This document shows, piece after piece, positions 10,991 to 24,520 of a DNA stretch of 64,000 nt. Every line of letters begins with the position of its first letter. Positions within the stretch are counted from its first letter, which is position 1. Position numbers and translations under genes: made by a program. Location of the stretch: positions 94,426,001 to 94,490,000 of the forward strand of contig NC_082714.1 in the NCBI RefSeq assembly GCF_030144855.1. Reading direction: 5' to 3'. Below the pieces are notes generated by a model. It was given only the letters and a program-made list of their open reading frames with translations. It was not told the DNA's origin and searched no databases. This DNA is from Hypanus sabinus (Eukaryota).

Positions 10991-13900
10991 GGCTCAATGA
11001 ATTCCTTGTTAGGGATGTATAGTGGTCAGCAGTTTTGACAAATTAAAACCCTTGGATTCAGTTTTTGCTGGGTATCATTTGGAAAGGAGCTGTAAACATT
11101 TTGACATGCTAAAAAGCATCATTTGTCAATCTCCGCATCATGTTGTTAATAAATTGTTAATATTCGGATTTAACTAATGAAGTAATTCTTTGCCGTCGAA
11201 GAAAGTCAACTACACACATTATTCCGAAGCTGATTGCAAAATTCAGATGAAGAATACTTCAGAAACATTATAAAGACTTTTACCACATTTATGAGTGACA
11301 ATGACCTTAACGTCACTTGTTAGTTGATGTTTTGACTTGACCCAAAAGTTTCTCGGCTGCATGTGTGCCCCACGAAATCCAATAGTGCGGACGTTTCGTA
11401 ACTTTGCTTAACTTTACTGCACGTTTGAAATTTCAAGCCTGATAAGTGGAGATTAAAGTGATCAAACTTGGTTTTGATAACTGGTTAGAAAGAACTCAAA
11501 ATCTTTTCCTTGGTGTTGATGGTGGAGGTTGAGGTGAGTTACGTGAAATATCAGAATGATGGCAGATAACGTTGAAAACAAAGGTAGAGTACTCAGCAGT
11601 GGCCTCAGGCAAGAAGTTTTCAACATTTGCGGTGAAATCTGAAATGCTACCTCAGATTCTTATTGGAACTGGTTGAGTTTGTCAGTGCAGACATTTAGTA
11701 AGTACCCTAGAGTAAAGCGATTTGGGATCAAATTGCATAGTTCACAGAATTTTGTTTTCGAATTACATATAAGTCACCATATTCAAACCTACGATTCGTT
11801 CTCTTACGGGCATACTCAATCAGTCCGAGAACCACAATAAAATCAATGAACTATTACATCAATTAGAATAGGAATACACCAAATGACCAAATACAACAGT
11901 CCTCTTCTGCTGGAAACCATCGACTTCAAAGACGTTCTTTGCATCTCGAGATGTTCTTCCGCACATCACCGTTGTAACGCATAGTTATTTGAGATTCTGT
12001 CTCCTTTCTGTCACTTTGTATCAGTCTGAAAATAATTCTCTGATCCCGTTTTCGCCCACAGAACCGTCTCTCAATGGCTGTCTTTTCATTCATTTTGCGT
12101 AACATTATATGTAAACTCTAGAGATTGAAAAATCCAGGAGATCCGCAGCTTCTGAAATACTCTAACCACATGTTACACCCATAATTGTTCCAGGGTTGTT
12201 TGGTCTCAATAGCAGACGAACATCTTGACCATGTTTGCATGTTTTATGGATGGAGTTGCTAACACAAGACTGGCTGATTAGATATTTGCTTTACTCGTTT
12301 TCACTGATAACCTTACCGCCTTAGGAAACCGCATCTCAAAAGGTGACATTTCCCATCATTAAAGAATGCTAAATTGCGTTAAAACATGATGGAACGTACT
12401 GTGTACTATGCTTATTTATAGTGGACCCCATTAGGACTGATCGCGCTATCAATTATCGTGATGTTTAAGGAGAGATTTGTCTCAGTCAAGCCATCAATGT
12501 TGTGTTGGAATTACACTGAATAAGTTCTCGCTTCTGTCTCAACATGGAACTTCGTCATTTCTTCGTACCTGCATTCAGCCTCTTGAGAGGGCACATCGTG
12601 ATAGTAAGACCCTGCGCCAGAACTGGAGCCAGCAGAGGCTTAGCAGCGGCTTGGACAGCAGTCAGCTGGAGGCGAGGGTGTCTTCTATTCTCAGTGCATG
12701 TGCTGAAGCTATGTAACGAGATTCCCGAGGCTATGTTCCGACTTCCCCGAGGCTACTTTCCGAATTTCTTTTGGGCACGTTCCGAGTTTCTCTAGTCTCC
12801 GTTCAATGTTTTAATGATTTCCAGGGTGTTCCCCGGTCCTCCAGGTTTCTGAGCAGTATTCCAGTTTTGCGAGATCTAGGCCATGTTCCCAAGTTTGATT
12901 CCATGTTTCCGAGTCATATGCTATGTTCTATAGTTTGCCAACCCTTTCACGAGAGTACCGAGTTCCGAACAAAACGTGTATCAAGTTACCCAGGGTTCCC
13001 TGGGACGTCAGGTGCCAGCTTTAGGAAATGGAGTTTTGCCAAGAACCATACAGCCCTATGCACCTGTATTTGTTAATTGTTGTTTTATATAGAGCAGTTA
13101 AATCCTTCTGCTTTCTGTTTAATCGTATCAAGGTTATTTTGACTGGCTCGGATTTTCTTCGTAACGTGAATAAATAAAGCGGACTCCCCGTTACCGATGT
13201 TCTTTTCAAAGGTTGAAAGGTCCAATTCAGTGTCAGTGAAATGTATACAATATATGTCCTGAAATGCTTTTTCTTCGCAAATATCCAGTTTATCCAGTTA
13301 AACATACAATTGCCCCAGAGAATGAAATACAGAAAAACATGAGAACCCCAAATTCCTTCCCCTGCCTGCGCGTATGTGGCAGCAGGCAACGACCCCACCC
13401 CCTCCCCAGTAAAAAAGCGCACCCGCTATCGAACACAAGCGTGAGCTAAGTAATAGCAAAGATACAGACTTGCAGTTACCCCATCGACTGCATTTCATCC
13501 GGTATTCGACAAACTACAGGTTTTCTTTCTCCCTAATAGGGAAGAGGGAGGCATCCTCCATTCTCATAGCGAGCTGGATACATTACAACAAACCGTTGGT
13601 TTACGATGTTTGTTCTTTTGTAAATCGTATCAAAATCTTGTTTTGATATGTACATGTACGCCTGTTACCTGAGCTCAGTCGTTCGATCACCACACCGTGA
13701 GACTCACTTGGATGGGCTGCTTGCTTAGTGGTGTGCATGGAATAGGGGCTGTTCAATAACAGGATTGCTCGTGAAAATAATTTTTGAAAACATTAGAAGA
13801 TTAAAGAAAGTACATGATTGGATCGGTGTACAGGCCCGGAACTGTCTTATTGAAAGGGCTATCGTGCTGAAACTCTGTAAAAGGTGCAGAATAGAATTTT

Positions 13901-14299
13901 CCTTTTCGAAGACGGAATTATTCCATCAAAATATTACAAATATTTTCATCAACGAATTCATGTCCGGAGTTTTCAGCGTATATTTCCATAATGGCAAATT
14001 GTTGCATTGCTCTCAGTAAAAGGGTAATAGAAAATCAGCGGGCGCTGAGAATGGAGAACTCTGGGTGCTCGAAGTTCCACTGATGAGTATGTGCTGGCGG
14101 TATAGAAACACCAAGGACTGGAGTTGATCCTAACCTGCCAAAGCAGCTTCAGGTAGATTTTGATTTCCATGGCACCAATCGCAGTGTCAGCAGCACTGCT
14201 AGAGCTTTACAGCAATGTATCCGTTGATGAGTTGTATCAATTCCTGTAATAAATTAAATAGTGCGTTATGAAACAGTGCAGATCACTTATTTTCCTGAG

Positions 14300-14560
14300 G
14301 TTTTTGAGGGATTGCTGTAAACACTGGTCAAAATGTTCCACTTTAGTTTAGAAAAATTACTTGGGAGTGCAATGGAACACAGCAGGCCAGGCAGCATCTA
14401 TAAGGAGAAGCACTGCTGACGTTTCGGGCCGAGACCCTTCGTCAGGACTAACTGGAAGAAACATAGTAAGAGGTTTGAAATTTCAAATCTCTTACTATCT
14501 TTTCTTTCATTTAGTCCTGACGAAGGGTCTCGGCCCAAAACGTCGACTGTATTTATTCCA
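14300..14560. mobile_element. Two Penelope-like terminal fragments in inverted (palindromic) arrangement
   Basis: ctgacgaagggtctcggccc(g/a)aaacgtc occurs on both strands (14418-14451 minus, 14511-14544 plus). This motif is typical of vertebrate Penelope termini. Confidence 0.75.
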
Positions 14561-15699
14561 ATAAATATTAAGCACTTCTTTTCATGTCTGCATGCAGAAT
14601 TTCCTATCACATAGAAGGAGGCCGATCGGCCCATACAGACTACACTGACTGTCAGTGCAGTCCCACCAGTCCCATTCCACCACAAACCGAATATCTTGCA
14701 CATCAGCTATAGGGGCAGAATTAGGCTCTTCAGCCCATCAAGTTTGGCTGATTAATTATTCCCCCTAACCCATTCTTCCCATAACTTGATGCCTTACCAG
14801 TCAAGAACCCATCAATCTCCACTTTAAATTCAATGCAACTCCTGTGACTCTGCTCCAAACGGTGTCGGTCTTTGCCATTCCTTTGGTTTGGAGAGGGAGA
14901 GCTTGCTTTCTATATCATACTGCTTTGTCTTGATATCAACTGACCATAGACAGCTAGGATCCACTGTCAACCCCGACCAACAGAGGGCCTCAGATTTATC
15001 TCATTTTTAAAATCTTCCCACAATCCCATCAAACCCTCCCACACCACATTCTAACCTTCACCAACAAACTAAGGGTAGCAAATTACAGCAGTCAATTAAC
15101 CCACCAACCTGAACACGGCTGGGATGTGGGAGGAAACCAAAACGGTTTTGCAATCAATGCTGGCAGAAACGAACTAACAGGAGAAAAAAATCCAGTGAGC
15201 AGCAATTCTAAGAGCGAAAACCCCGTGTTTTCGTGTCTGAGGAGAATGGCCAGATTGGATCAAGCTGACAGCAATTAACCACACGTTCCTACAGTGGTGT
15301 GCAGAAGGAAATCTCAGAACCCAGAATGCGTCGAACGTTGAAGTGAATAGGCTACAGCAGCAGAAGGCAACAAACATACAGGAGGTACTTAACAAGGTGG
15401 CCACTGAGTGCGGATCAGTATTACGTTTCCTCCCCCCACTTACTGATGCCATCGAATAACACGCTGAGCTGGTTAAATCTCTGATATGCTGGTAGGAGCA
15501 CATTCGTGCATTAACAGTTCCCTTGAGACAAGTGAAAGAGGACACACAGAGCAGAATCACAGGTGCAGGAGAGTAACATGGGAGAGCTAGAAGCCATTCA
15601 GAAACCCAAAGGCCGAAATAAACCAGTTAACTGGCTGTATTCAATACATTTTACAGTCTTTTCTGTTCAAAAGCCTTGGTGCTCGATACAAGGCCGTGA

Positions 15700-16420
15700 T
15701 GCAAACAGTCTTCATCATTCCTCTGTGTAGGTTTGTAAATATTTTGGGTGTCATGTTGACTTTCTAAGAGTCAAAATCAGAATGAGAATCAGGCCTAATA
15801 TCAGTGGCATATGACGTGAAATTTGTTTATTTTGCCATTCATGATAATAGAGAGAAAAAGAGAAAACAGAATTGTTAGTAGTTCATAGCTTTCTCTTTCT
15901 GTTGGTAATTCCTTTTTTGTACTGCTTATTTAGTTTCACTGTTATATATCTGTATGTATAATAGTTAAATTAAATAAGTTGTTCAAAAGAGAGACTTAAA
16001 ATAGTGAAGTAGTGTTCATGTGTATAATGTGCATTCAGAAATCAGAGCGGAAGTGGCTGCTCCTGAATCATTGGGCGTGTGCCCTTAGGTTTCTGAACTT
16101 CTTTCCTCATAGTAAGAAGGGGAAGTGTGCACGTTGGGTGCTGGAGTTCCTTAATGATGGACGCCGCCGTTCTGAGGCACGGCTGCTTAAAATCGTCATG
16201 GATGCTATGCAGGCTAGTGCCCATAATGGAGCTTACTACTCAACTATCTGCAGCTTATTTCGATCCTGTGCAGTGGCACCTTACCCCACTCCATAGCAGA
16301 TGCTGATACAGCCGGCTGAAATGTCTTCTACGTTAGATCTATTGAAATTTGCGAGTGTTTAGGAGACGTACCAAATCGCCTCAAAGTCGTAATGAAATAT
16401 AACCACTGTTTCGCTCTACA
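15700..16420 (-). mobile_element. Rex1/L2-like non-LTR fragment with aatcagaat-type tail
   Basis: The tail motif aatcagaatgagaatcagg and the body are shared with copies at about 31.3-31.8, 36.0-36.5 and 56.25-56.6 kb. Confidence 0.5.
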
Positions 16421-19400
16421 TTTTCGCTGTACATTTATCGCTATATTTATGTTCTGTCAATTTAAGGCCCTCATAAATATTGATAAACAGGAACTTCAAA
16501 TTGCTCTCTCTCTCCACTTCTGATCCCTCTACGAGGACAGGCGTTAAATGCTGGACAGAAATAACAGCGAGGAATTTAAAGCTGCTAACATCTTGAACCT
16601 CAGATATCCTGCTGAGTCTGGTTCATGGAACGCGGATTCCTCCATCTGCAGCCAAGAAACAGCTGTTTGGTTTTGCTGACACTCAGTGAGAGATTGTTAG
16701 TGTGGCACTATTAAGCTAGCTAAAGAGCCGGTCCTTATGAGGCGTCCCTCTCCAAGCCAGGGAAGGAAAGGCCACACGTTCAGCATAGTGAAAATGGACC
16801 AGAAGAGCATTGAAAGATGTGCTTAATGAGCCAAAAGTAGTTCCGAAGCAGGTAAATCTGCGCAAGTAAAAAATACAGTGGGGCAGATATACGAGTATCA
16901 AAATTTCATCGTGACATTAGTGTAACGATGCGATTAGCACAGTTAGACACGTTTAGGCAATTTGGTCGGCATGACCGTGGTGGGCCGAAATGCCTTTCTC
17001 CGTGCTGTATAACTGTAAATTTAAATTTTGCGTCTCTCATTAAACAGGGTCAGCGAATTAGGGCGATAGTTCGCTGTCTGCGAACAGCAAGAAGCACCAC
17101 AACTAGGCCCTTTAATGAATAGTAGCTATTCTGGAGACTAAAAAGTATTGACAAGATATGTTTTAAGGTATTGACAACCAACAAAACTAAGATCAAGTAT
17201 ACCCTTGGCTGGTTACCGACACAATCATCATTTACTTCCAAGTACAGGAGGCTGTGAAGAAGATAAATGTGGAATTTTCCAAAGGGTTTTGGGGGTGGTA
17301 GATTTGCATGGTTACAGGCGGCTTAGAGAACCTTTCTGTGTTCCCACTGCTGTCTGTTTCACTTTTCATCTCTCTCTGTTTCCCTCCCGGTCTCGCCCTC
17401 TTTGTCTCACGCCTCTCTACACTAACTTATTATCCTTCACTCTCCACTACCTCTCTTTCCGTCTCTCTCTCACTCTCTTTGTTTCTCTTTCTTTCTCTCC
17501 GTTCCCTTCTAGAGATTAAATTTGCAATCTCTTACATCAATCAATTTCATCGCCCGTAACAACTATTTGCAATAAGTGTCATCTTTTCCCTCAAAAATTT
17601 AGTTTCAGACTTTGTGTCTTCCAGCTATTACAGCTTTTCAGTTTTAGAGTTTTAAAAATGTTTACTCTCTCCATCGCCCTCCCTGCGCCCCAGTGACCGC
17701 GCCACCTGCACCGTTTGACAAACAGGACAGAAGCAGCAGCAATTTGTGTAACTACCACTAAATAAAGGCTGTGCCAACACCTCCCGTTCCCCGTGGAGAG
17801 ATGTCAGTATCCGTAGTTGCAAGAGTGCCGCTCACAAACACAGCCGGTTCGACCTTGTGAACCGTCGGGACGGAGCGGTTAACTAGGCTGACTAGCGTCC
17901 GACGGTAAGAATGGATTTAAAGGAAAAGGACTATTTCCCAAGTTATTTACGCCTCGTTTTTGAGATCTCTGTCACCATTTACCACATACCAAGGAGAGAT
18001 GCTCGATAGATAAACACCTTACACAGAACAAAATGCAGGATATTAAGCGATGACATTTCATGAATGCAGAAGAAAAACAATGCCGTTGTTAGCTTAGCTA
18101 AATGCTGATACCGAGTCAGTTCAGCCAGGCACTTATTTGGAGGAAACATCTTCTGATCTATTATAACATGTCAAACAATCAGTGCAAAGATCAAGCTGAA
18201 TATACGGTGCATGGTGAAAATCTGAATTATAAGCAAAGAAGTGATAGCTTACGAGGGTCCAATCGATCTGTATCCGGACCATAGTTGTCCATATACGTCT
18301 CTCCATGCAGCGATCCAAATTTCGCTTAAATGGAGCAATGGACCCGAGTCCATCACATTCGCTGGCAACTCCTTTTACGTCTTCACCAGCCTCTGAGTGA
18401 AAAGGTTCCTCCTCAACAGACCCGTAAACATTTCATCGATTACCCATATGCCATGACCTGTAATTCAAGTCGTTCCTAACCTGAGCAGATAAAAAAATCC
18501 CTGCTTTGTATTTACACTACCGTTGGAGTTGGATGACTGGTGACATCAAGACAGACTAGATATGCTGCTATAAATATAAATACGCACAAAGTGGAAAGGC
18601 TGACATGGTTTCACACTGAAAATGGAGACATTTTTAAGTACATGAATACAGTGGCCGTGAAATCATGTTAATGTCCGGGAAGGCAAAGGAAGCCTTCCTG
18701 AAATATATTCGAACGACAAGCCAACGTGACACTAGCAGATGGCATGAGTAAGAAAATATTCGATTAAAGATGAGGGTTGAATTCAATATTTAAGAGAAAT
18801 TTCGATAGGTACATGGATTGAAGGGTAATAGAGGGCTCCAGTGAATGTTGACGGGCCAAGATAATATAATATTTCAGCATGGGAAAATGGGCAGATGGGC
18901 ACGTTTCTGCGCTGCTTTGGTCTATGACTCTGTGACTCTTTCACCTTAATGACAGAACAATAGATATGGTGCTTTGGTCTGATTTTTAGCGTTATGAGAA
19001 GACATTCAAGTGATCGAAGAATGCTGAGAGTATGGAGTCATAAAATCGTGCAGCAAGGTTGGAAGTCTTTCAGCTGAACTCATACATGATTCCGCAGATG
19101 CCTGCAGAGCAGATTCCAACTTTCTGGCCATTCACGCAGCACCAATAAGTAGCTACAGATTTACTGGTGATTGAACTCTAGGCTCATAATGACAGAATTT
19201 GCAATGACCAATTTACTCACGAACGGACACGTCTTTGGACTGAGTAAAGTAAATCGAGGACCTACAGTCTTCTTTCAGATACCATGGGAATTGAACTTGC
19301 TTGAGCACGGTCTATTTTATAAACATCAGTTTATTTAATCCAATGGTCTCTGCTCAGTGGTTACGACTGAATATTGACGGTGAAGTATTTAACAAGGTCT

Positions 19401-19787
19401 TTTGGTAAGGTTATTGATATCAAGGGCTGGTGGTCTCGTTCCTTCCAGTTGAAAGCGCCATTGCCTAACGTCAATGCAGTCAGACTGAAATTTACTCCTA
19501 AAAGCCTTGTCTGACTAATTTCATGGTCCTGTTCATTGCCTCAATATCTCACGGATGGAAAATGAAATGAGGCTAAGAGTTTGAAGATCAAGTTTGAAGG
19601 CCATTCACGTCGCCAAAGGACTGCAAGTCAATCTCCACCCCCATCCGCTCATTAATATCCCGTTTGCTAAACGCACCCAAGGACACCTGTCTGCAGACGC
19701 TGAAACAGAGCAGTTCCCGGAGTTAGCAGAACAGCGCGTGGTTCGGTCGGAATATTGGGCGCTTGCTGTCCACTCCAGTCCGGAGGA

Positions 19788-19836
19788 ATATCCCTCCTGA
19801 TCCATCTCCTCTGTGCTCCGCTCGCCCATTTACAAG
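19788..19836 (+). pseudogene. Ig light-chain leader exon, start codon mutated (ATA)
   Basis: ata tcc ctc ctg atc cat ctc ctc tgt gct ccg ctc gcc cat tta caa g|gtgac gives (M>I)SLLIHLLCAPLAHLQ-G. The exon is 49 nt with a phase-1 donor, followed by a 132-nt intron to the V acceptor (ttattacag, ending 19968). Confidence 0.7.
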
Positions 19837-19968
19837 GTGACAGTGAGTTCACGCACAGATTATTCGTTAAAACTTGGATTACTGCTGATTTTCTTTGCAC
19901 TTATTAACGATTGATAAGCCTTGTGTTATGTCAAAGTCACACAGTAGATGTATTGTGTTTTATTACAG

Positions 19969-20308
19969 CTGTCCATGCAGCCCCAGGCGTCAATCAGACC
20001 CCAATGTTAGAACCAGTTTTCTACCGTCCGCTTAGAGTGTTGGAAACAGAACGGAAATGTTGTAACTTACAACATTCACTGGATCTGACAGTGCCCTGGG
20101 GAGCGACCGCAGCGGGTGTTAAAACATGAGACGAACAACGATATGTAGCGAGGGATCGGGTCATAAACCGCTTTCAACCATCCAGAGCCACCACCAACGA
20201 TAGCACTGACCATCAGCAATTTGGAAGCCGCAGATTCCGCCGTCTATTACTGTGTAGTGTTGGCGAATGTATATATCTTCGGTCCGGGCACAGTCCTGGA
20301 AATAAAGG
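19969..20308 (+). pseudogene. Germline-joined VJ exon of a cartilaginous-fish sigma-cart (type I/NS5-like) Ig light chain; pseudogene
   Basis: Across frames it reads AVHA-APGVNQTPMLEPV / TVRLECWKQNGNVVTYNIHWI*QCPGERPQRVLKH...M*RGIG / NRFQPSRA / LTISNLEAADSAVYYCVVLANVYIFGPGTVLEIK, then the donor gtaaac at 20309. No RSS lies between V and J. NQTP..EPV, QNGNV and RFQPSR match the sigma-cart pattern as I recall it. At least two stops and several frameshifts. Confidence 0.9.
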
Positions 20309-20867
20309 GTAAACGACTCCCCGGATCTGTAACGAACAATTCCTATTACATTCGCCCTCATTCTCCACAGCTGAATACAACCCCGTCCAGGGAATTTTGG
20401 TCATATCGCTATACTCTTGGGAGGTTCGATCTTTCTTATTTTGGCATACGAGGCTGTACAGCCCATCGAGACAATTATCTTAATGATCGCTTCAACTTTG
20501 AGTTCAATTTTGCTGGACACTTTTGATCTACCTCAGTCGTTGCGGCAGGATAGAATATTTGCGACGTACCTCCTCTTTAACACAATAAGCCCCCTGCAAT
20601 TTATTATAAGTACTGTTTATTAATGCTACTTTTCACAATATACAACGAAAAGCCTCTCTTGCTTTTTCCGTATATATCAAGGGATGTCCCACTTAATTGA
20701 GGTGTGCACAATAAGAATGCAAAGTAAACGTCCCTCGTATCTTCCCACTTCCAGCTCTGGTCGCACGCACTATGTACCCACCAATCTGTATAAAAACAGA
20801 AATGCATCGAACATCTTCTTTAAATTCTTCTCTCCTCGGCTTAGAATTCTCGAAAAATCCTTCACTG

Positions 20868-21721
20868 TGTTACATACTCGTGACACATGACAGTGGTGCC
20901 CTTGTCATGTGACTGGGGTTGAAGCTGTACTGGACTTGAGGTGATGGTCTTGTGATGGTGGAATGACGTCATTTTCCCGCCAGTAGAGATCATGTGACGG
21001 GTTTTTTTTACAGGTTATAAAAGGTAGACCCCACCCTGTGAGGAGGGGCAGTTCGTGGCTGGATTTGCCAAGTTGACTTCATGCCACTGCGTGTTTGGAG
21101 TGATGACGCAGTTTAGTTGAAGGATGAAGTTTTTATTTAATGCCTAAAGTTTAAAAGGTTAATGCCAACAGGTTCTTTATGATTCTGTTAGTTCGAGGGA
21201 ATTAGAGGAGAGTGAAGATTCAAGGTTGGAAGTAAAGATCGAGGAGAATCGCTTTCTACGGTGAAACGGGGGCGACCTTTGTTTGATCCTTATTTGGAAG
21301 GATTTCGTTGACTATCTTCGTGTTAATCCCTGGGTTTACTAGAAAGGATTGAGGATAGTGAGGAAGGAAAGGTCAGTGCCTTTAAGCCGTTCTGTTTCGT
21401 AAATTCGACGTGGGGGATCGAAGCAAGCGACGTGAAAGAGAATTTAAATCGTCCTGTAAAGTCTCTCCTTTTAAATGGACCGTGAGCATATAGAACTTTT
21501 GGCAATCCCACTTTAAAGAACTGTTTTGGAATATCACTTTAAAGAACTGTTTTGGAATATCACTTTACGAACTGTTTGAACAGCCGCTCAGCAGCTGTTT
21601 CCGGTTACGGTAGTGTTTGTTTACTTTTGGGGGGTTTGTTTTCTGTGTTTAATAAACGTGTTGTTTGTTATAAGAAACCCTTGCCGAACTCATATATTTA
21701 TTGTTGCCTGAATACGTAACA
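20868..21721 (+). repeat. 5' LTR (854 bp)
   Basis: Starts tgttaca, ends gtaaca. TATA-like tataaaa at 21016-21022, AATAAA at 21651-21656, 26-bp tandem unit at 21509-21580. Near-identical to 26569-27436. Confidence 0.95.
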
Positions 21722-21728
21722 TTAAATA

Positions 21729-21746
21729 TGGGGGCTCGTCCGGGAT
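21729..21746 (+). promoter_or_regulatory. Primer-binding site complementary to tRNA-Pro 3' end
   Basis: tgggggctcgtccgggat, identical to the canonical 18-nt PBS-Pro (as in MLV). Confidence 0.95.
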
Positions 21747-21844
21747 TGAATTTTTTGAGTTTACATGCTTGCTAACTTTTAAATCGGTGTTTTGGAAACG
21801 GGGATTACTCGGTTCTTTTGTTTGGCTTGTTGTATTCGGCAGCA

Positions 21845-23845
21845 ATGAATATTGATGAGTTTCTGGCTTCCCCGGCTGCAGAGGTGTTGGCGAAGGCGAA
21901 AAAAACTGAGGTGTTTGAGATAGCTAGTAGATTGCGACTTAAAGGTATTTTGCAGACTACTTCTAAGGCTGTAATACAGAGGAAAATCGCGTCACACTAT
22001 GTGGATTCGGGTGTTTTTGATGAATCGATTTTAGAGTCGTTTCAAATAAGTAAACTGGATATGCAGTTGCAAATCGAACAAATGAAATTGGAACAAAGTA
22101 AAGCTGATTTGGAGAGGTGTAAATTGGAGATGGAACAAAAGAAGAGAGAATTTGCATATGCAATGGAGGAATTAAGGACTGGAAATCAGTCTTCTGGTTC
22201 TAAAAAAACATTTGTTGCTAGTCAAGAAATTAAATTGGTCCCTCCATTTAGTGAAACAGAAATGGAAAGGTATTTTCAACATTTTGAAACTATTGCTCGG
22301 ATGTCAGAGTGGCCGAAAGATAAATGGTCAGTGTTGTTACAGAGTGTAATTAAAGGCAAAGCACAACAAGTTTACACAGCTTTAACAGCTGCGCAAGCAC
22401 TTGATTATGATATTGTTAAGAGTCATATTTTAAACGCATATGAGTTAGTCCCAGAAGCATATAGGGAAAGATTCAGAAGTTTGAAAAAGTCTGTGGAAAA
22501 AACTTATGTGGAATTTGCCTATGATAAAGCTATGTGTTTTGAGAGATGGGTTTCTTCTAAAAATGTAAATGGGGACTATGATACATTGAGAGAGCTGATT
22601 TTAATGGAGGAATTTAAAAGAAGCATTCCTGTTGAAGTAAGGACCTACTTAAATGAGAAGGAAACTGATAAATTGCAGGACTGTGCTAGATTAGCTGATG
22701 AGTATGTTTTGATCCATAAGAACAAATTTCCTCAAGGCAGAATTTTTAAGAGGAAAAATAATACGGAGACTCCAGATAAATTTGAAATTAAATTGGAGGT
22801 TAATGCGAAAGTTGATGAGAAAGGAAAGTCTGTGAAGGAAAGACAGTTTGGTCTTACTTGTAACTATTGTAAGAAGCCTGGCCATGTAATAGCTAACTGT
22901 TTCAAATTGAAAAAGAAAGAGAAGGAAGCAGTTCCAGATGCTTGTGTGCAACATACTGAAGAACCTGTAAAGTTACAGGGTTTGATAAAAACAAATGAGG
23001 CTTTGTTAGAGTCTGACCAAGTTAGAAAGGGATATGATCATTTTATAACTGAAGGGTTTGTATCCTTGAAGGAAGGATCTACTCTGGTGCCAATAAAAAT
23101 CCTCAGGGATACTGGTGCTTCTCAATCACTGATGTTAGACAGTGTGTTGAAGTTTAATGAAGAGTCTGATACTGGTGAGGTAAATTACATAAGAGGTGTT
23201 GGAAGTGATTTTATGCCTGTACATTTACATAAAGTAAATTTAAAGTCAGGGTTAGTTACAGGATTTGTTAAAGTAGGATTACAGCATAGCTTACCTGTGA
23301 ATGGTATTTCTTTATTGTTAGGTAATGACTTGGCAGGTGGACAAGTTTTTCCTGAAGTGCATTTGACAATGGAGTCAGAGGAACCAGAGTTGAATTCTAA
23401 CACAGATTCTTCCTGTGTTGTGACTAGAGCTGTGGCTAAAAAGATTGATGCGCAGAATGAGGTTGTTATTCAGGACTGTTCAACTCAGGATTCGAGTTTT
23501 GAGGATGTGTCAGAGACTTTCTTATCTTCGTTGTTTGAACAAGATTCTGGGAGTAAGTCTGACTATAAAGATTTATCTTTGTCTAGGAAGGAGATGATAG
23601 CAGAGCAGAATAGAGACTCTGAGATTATAAAATTAAAAGAGCAGGTTTTACTAGATAGTGAAATTGATAAGGTGCCAGTAGGATATTACTTGGAAAAAGG
23701 AGTGTTGATGAGGAAGTGGAGATCGCCTACAATTCCTGCAAGTGAGGATTGGAATGTTGTTTACCAGGTAGTTGTTCCAAAAGCTTATCGAAATGAGATT
23801 TTGACTTTAGCTCATAGTGTGACATCAAGGGGTAAGGAAAACTGA
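21845..23845 (+). pseudogene. gag-pol: Gag (capsid/SCAN-related region, CCHC knuckle) fused to aspartic protease
   Basis: First ATG of the ORF at 21845. Motifs include KLVPPF, AYELVPEAYRERFR, CNYCKKPGHVIANC (22859-22900) and LRDTGASQS (about 23105). The ORF ends through a frameshifting deletion in the integrase HHCC region. Confidence 0.92.
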
Positions 23846-24520
23846 GGACAAGATTTTAAAACATTTTTTACTGGCCTGGTCTAAGAAAAGATGTGGCGAT
23901 GTTTTGTAAAACGTGCCATACTTGTCAAATTGTGGGTAAACCAAATCAGGTTACACCAGTAGCTCCATTACAACCTATCCCAGCATTTGGTGAACCATTT
24001 TCTAAAGTTATTGTAGATTGTGTTGGTCCATTACCAAAGACAATAACTGGTTATCAGTATTTGTTGACTATCATGTGTACTTCTTCTAGGTTTCCAGAGG
24101 CAGTACCACTTAGGAATATAAAAGCTAAGACTGTGACAAAGGCCCTTATAAATTTTTTTACTTATTTTGGATTACCTAAGGAGATACAAACTGATCAAGG
24201 CAGTAATTTTATGTCTGGATTGTTTCAACAGATCGTTTATAAATTGGGAGCTAAGCAAATCACTTTGTTTGCATACCATCCAGAATCGCAGGGTGCCTTG
24301 GAGAGGTTTCATTCTACCCTCAAGAATATGATTAGGACATTTTGTGTGGAAAATGAAAGTGACTGGAATGAGGGTATAAACTTACTTTTATTTGCAGTAA
24401 GGGAATCGGTACAGGAATCTTTAGGTTTTAGTCCATTTGAACTTGTGTTTGGGCATAGAGTTAGAGGACCTTTAGCTTTGTTGAAAGAATAGTGGATTAA
24501 TAAGGAAGTACATACTAATT
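23820..24520 (+). pseudogene. pol: Integrase (HHCC remnant and DDE core), upstream of RT
   Basis: HQGVRKT..HF-YWPG, CKTCHTCQ, VIVDCVGPLP, QTDQGSNF and YHPESQGALERFH. In-frame TAG at 24490-24492. Confidence 0.92.

Noticed and set aside
19650-19680. Possible octamer promoter upstream of the IgL leader (gtttgcta)
   Set aside because: Too degenerate from ATTTGCAT to call. The exact octamers at about 3894, 17305 and 50201 lie in repeats or an intron.
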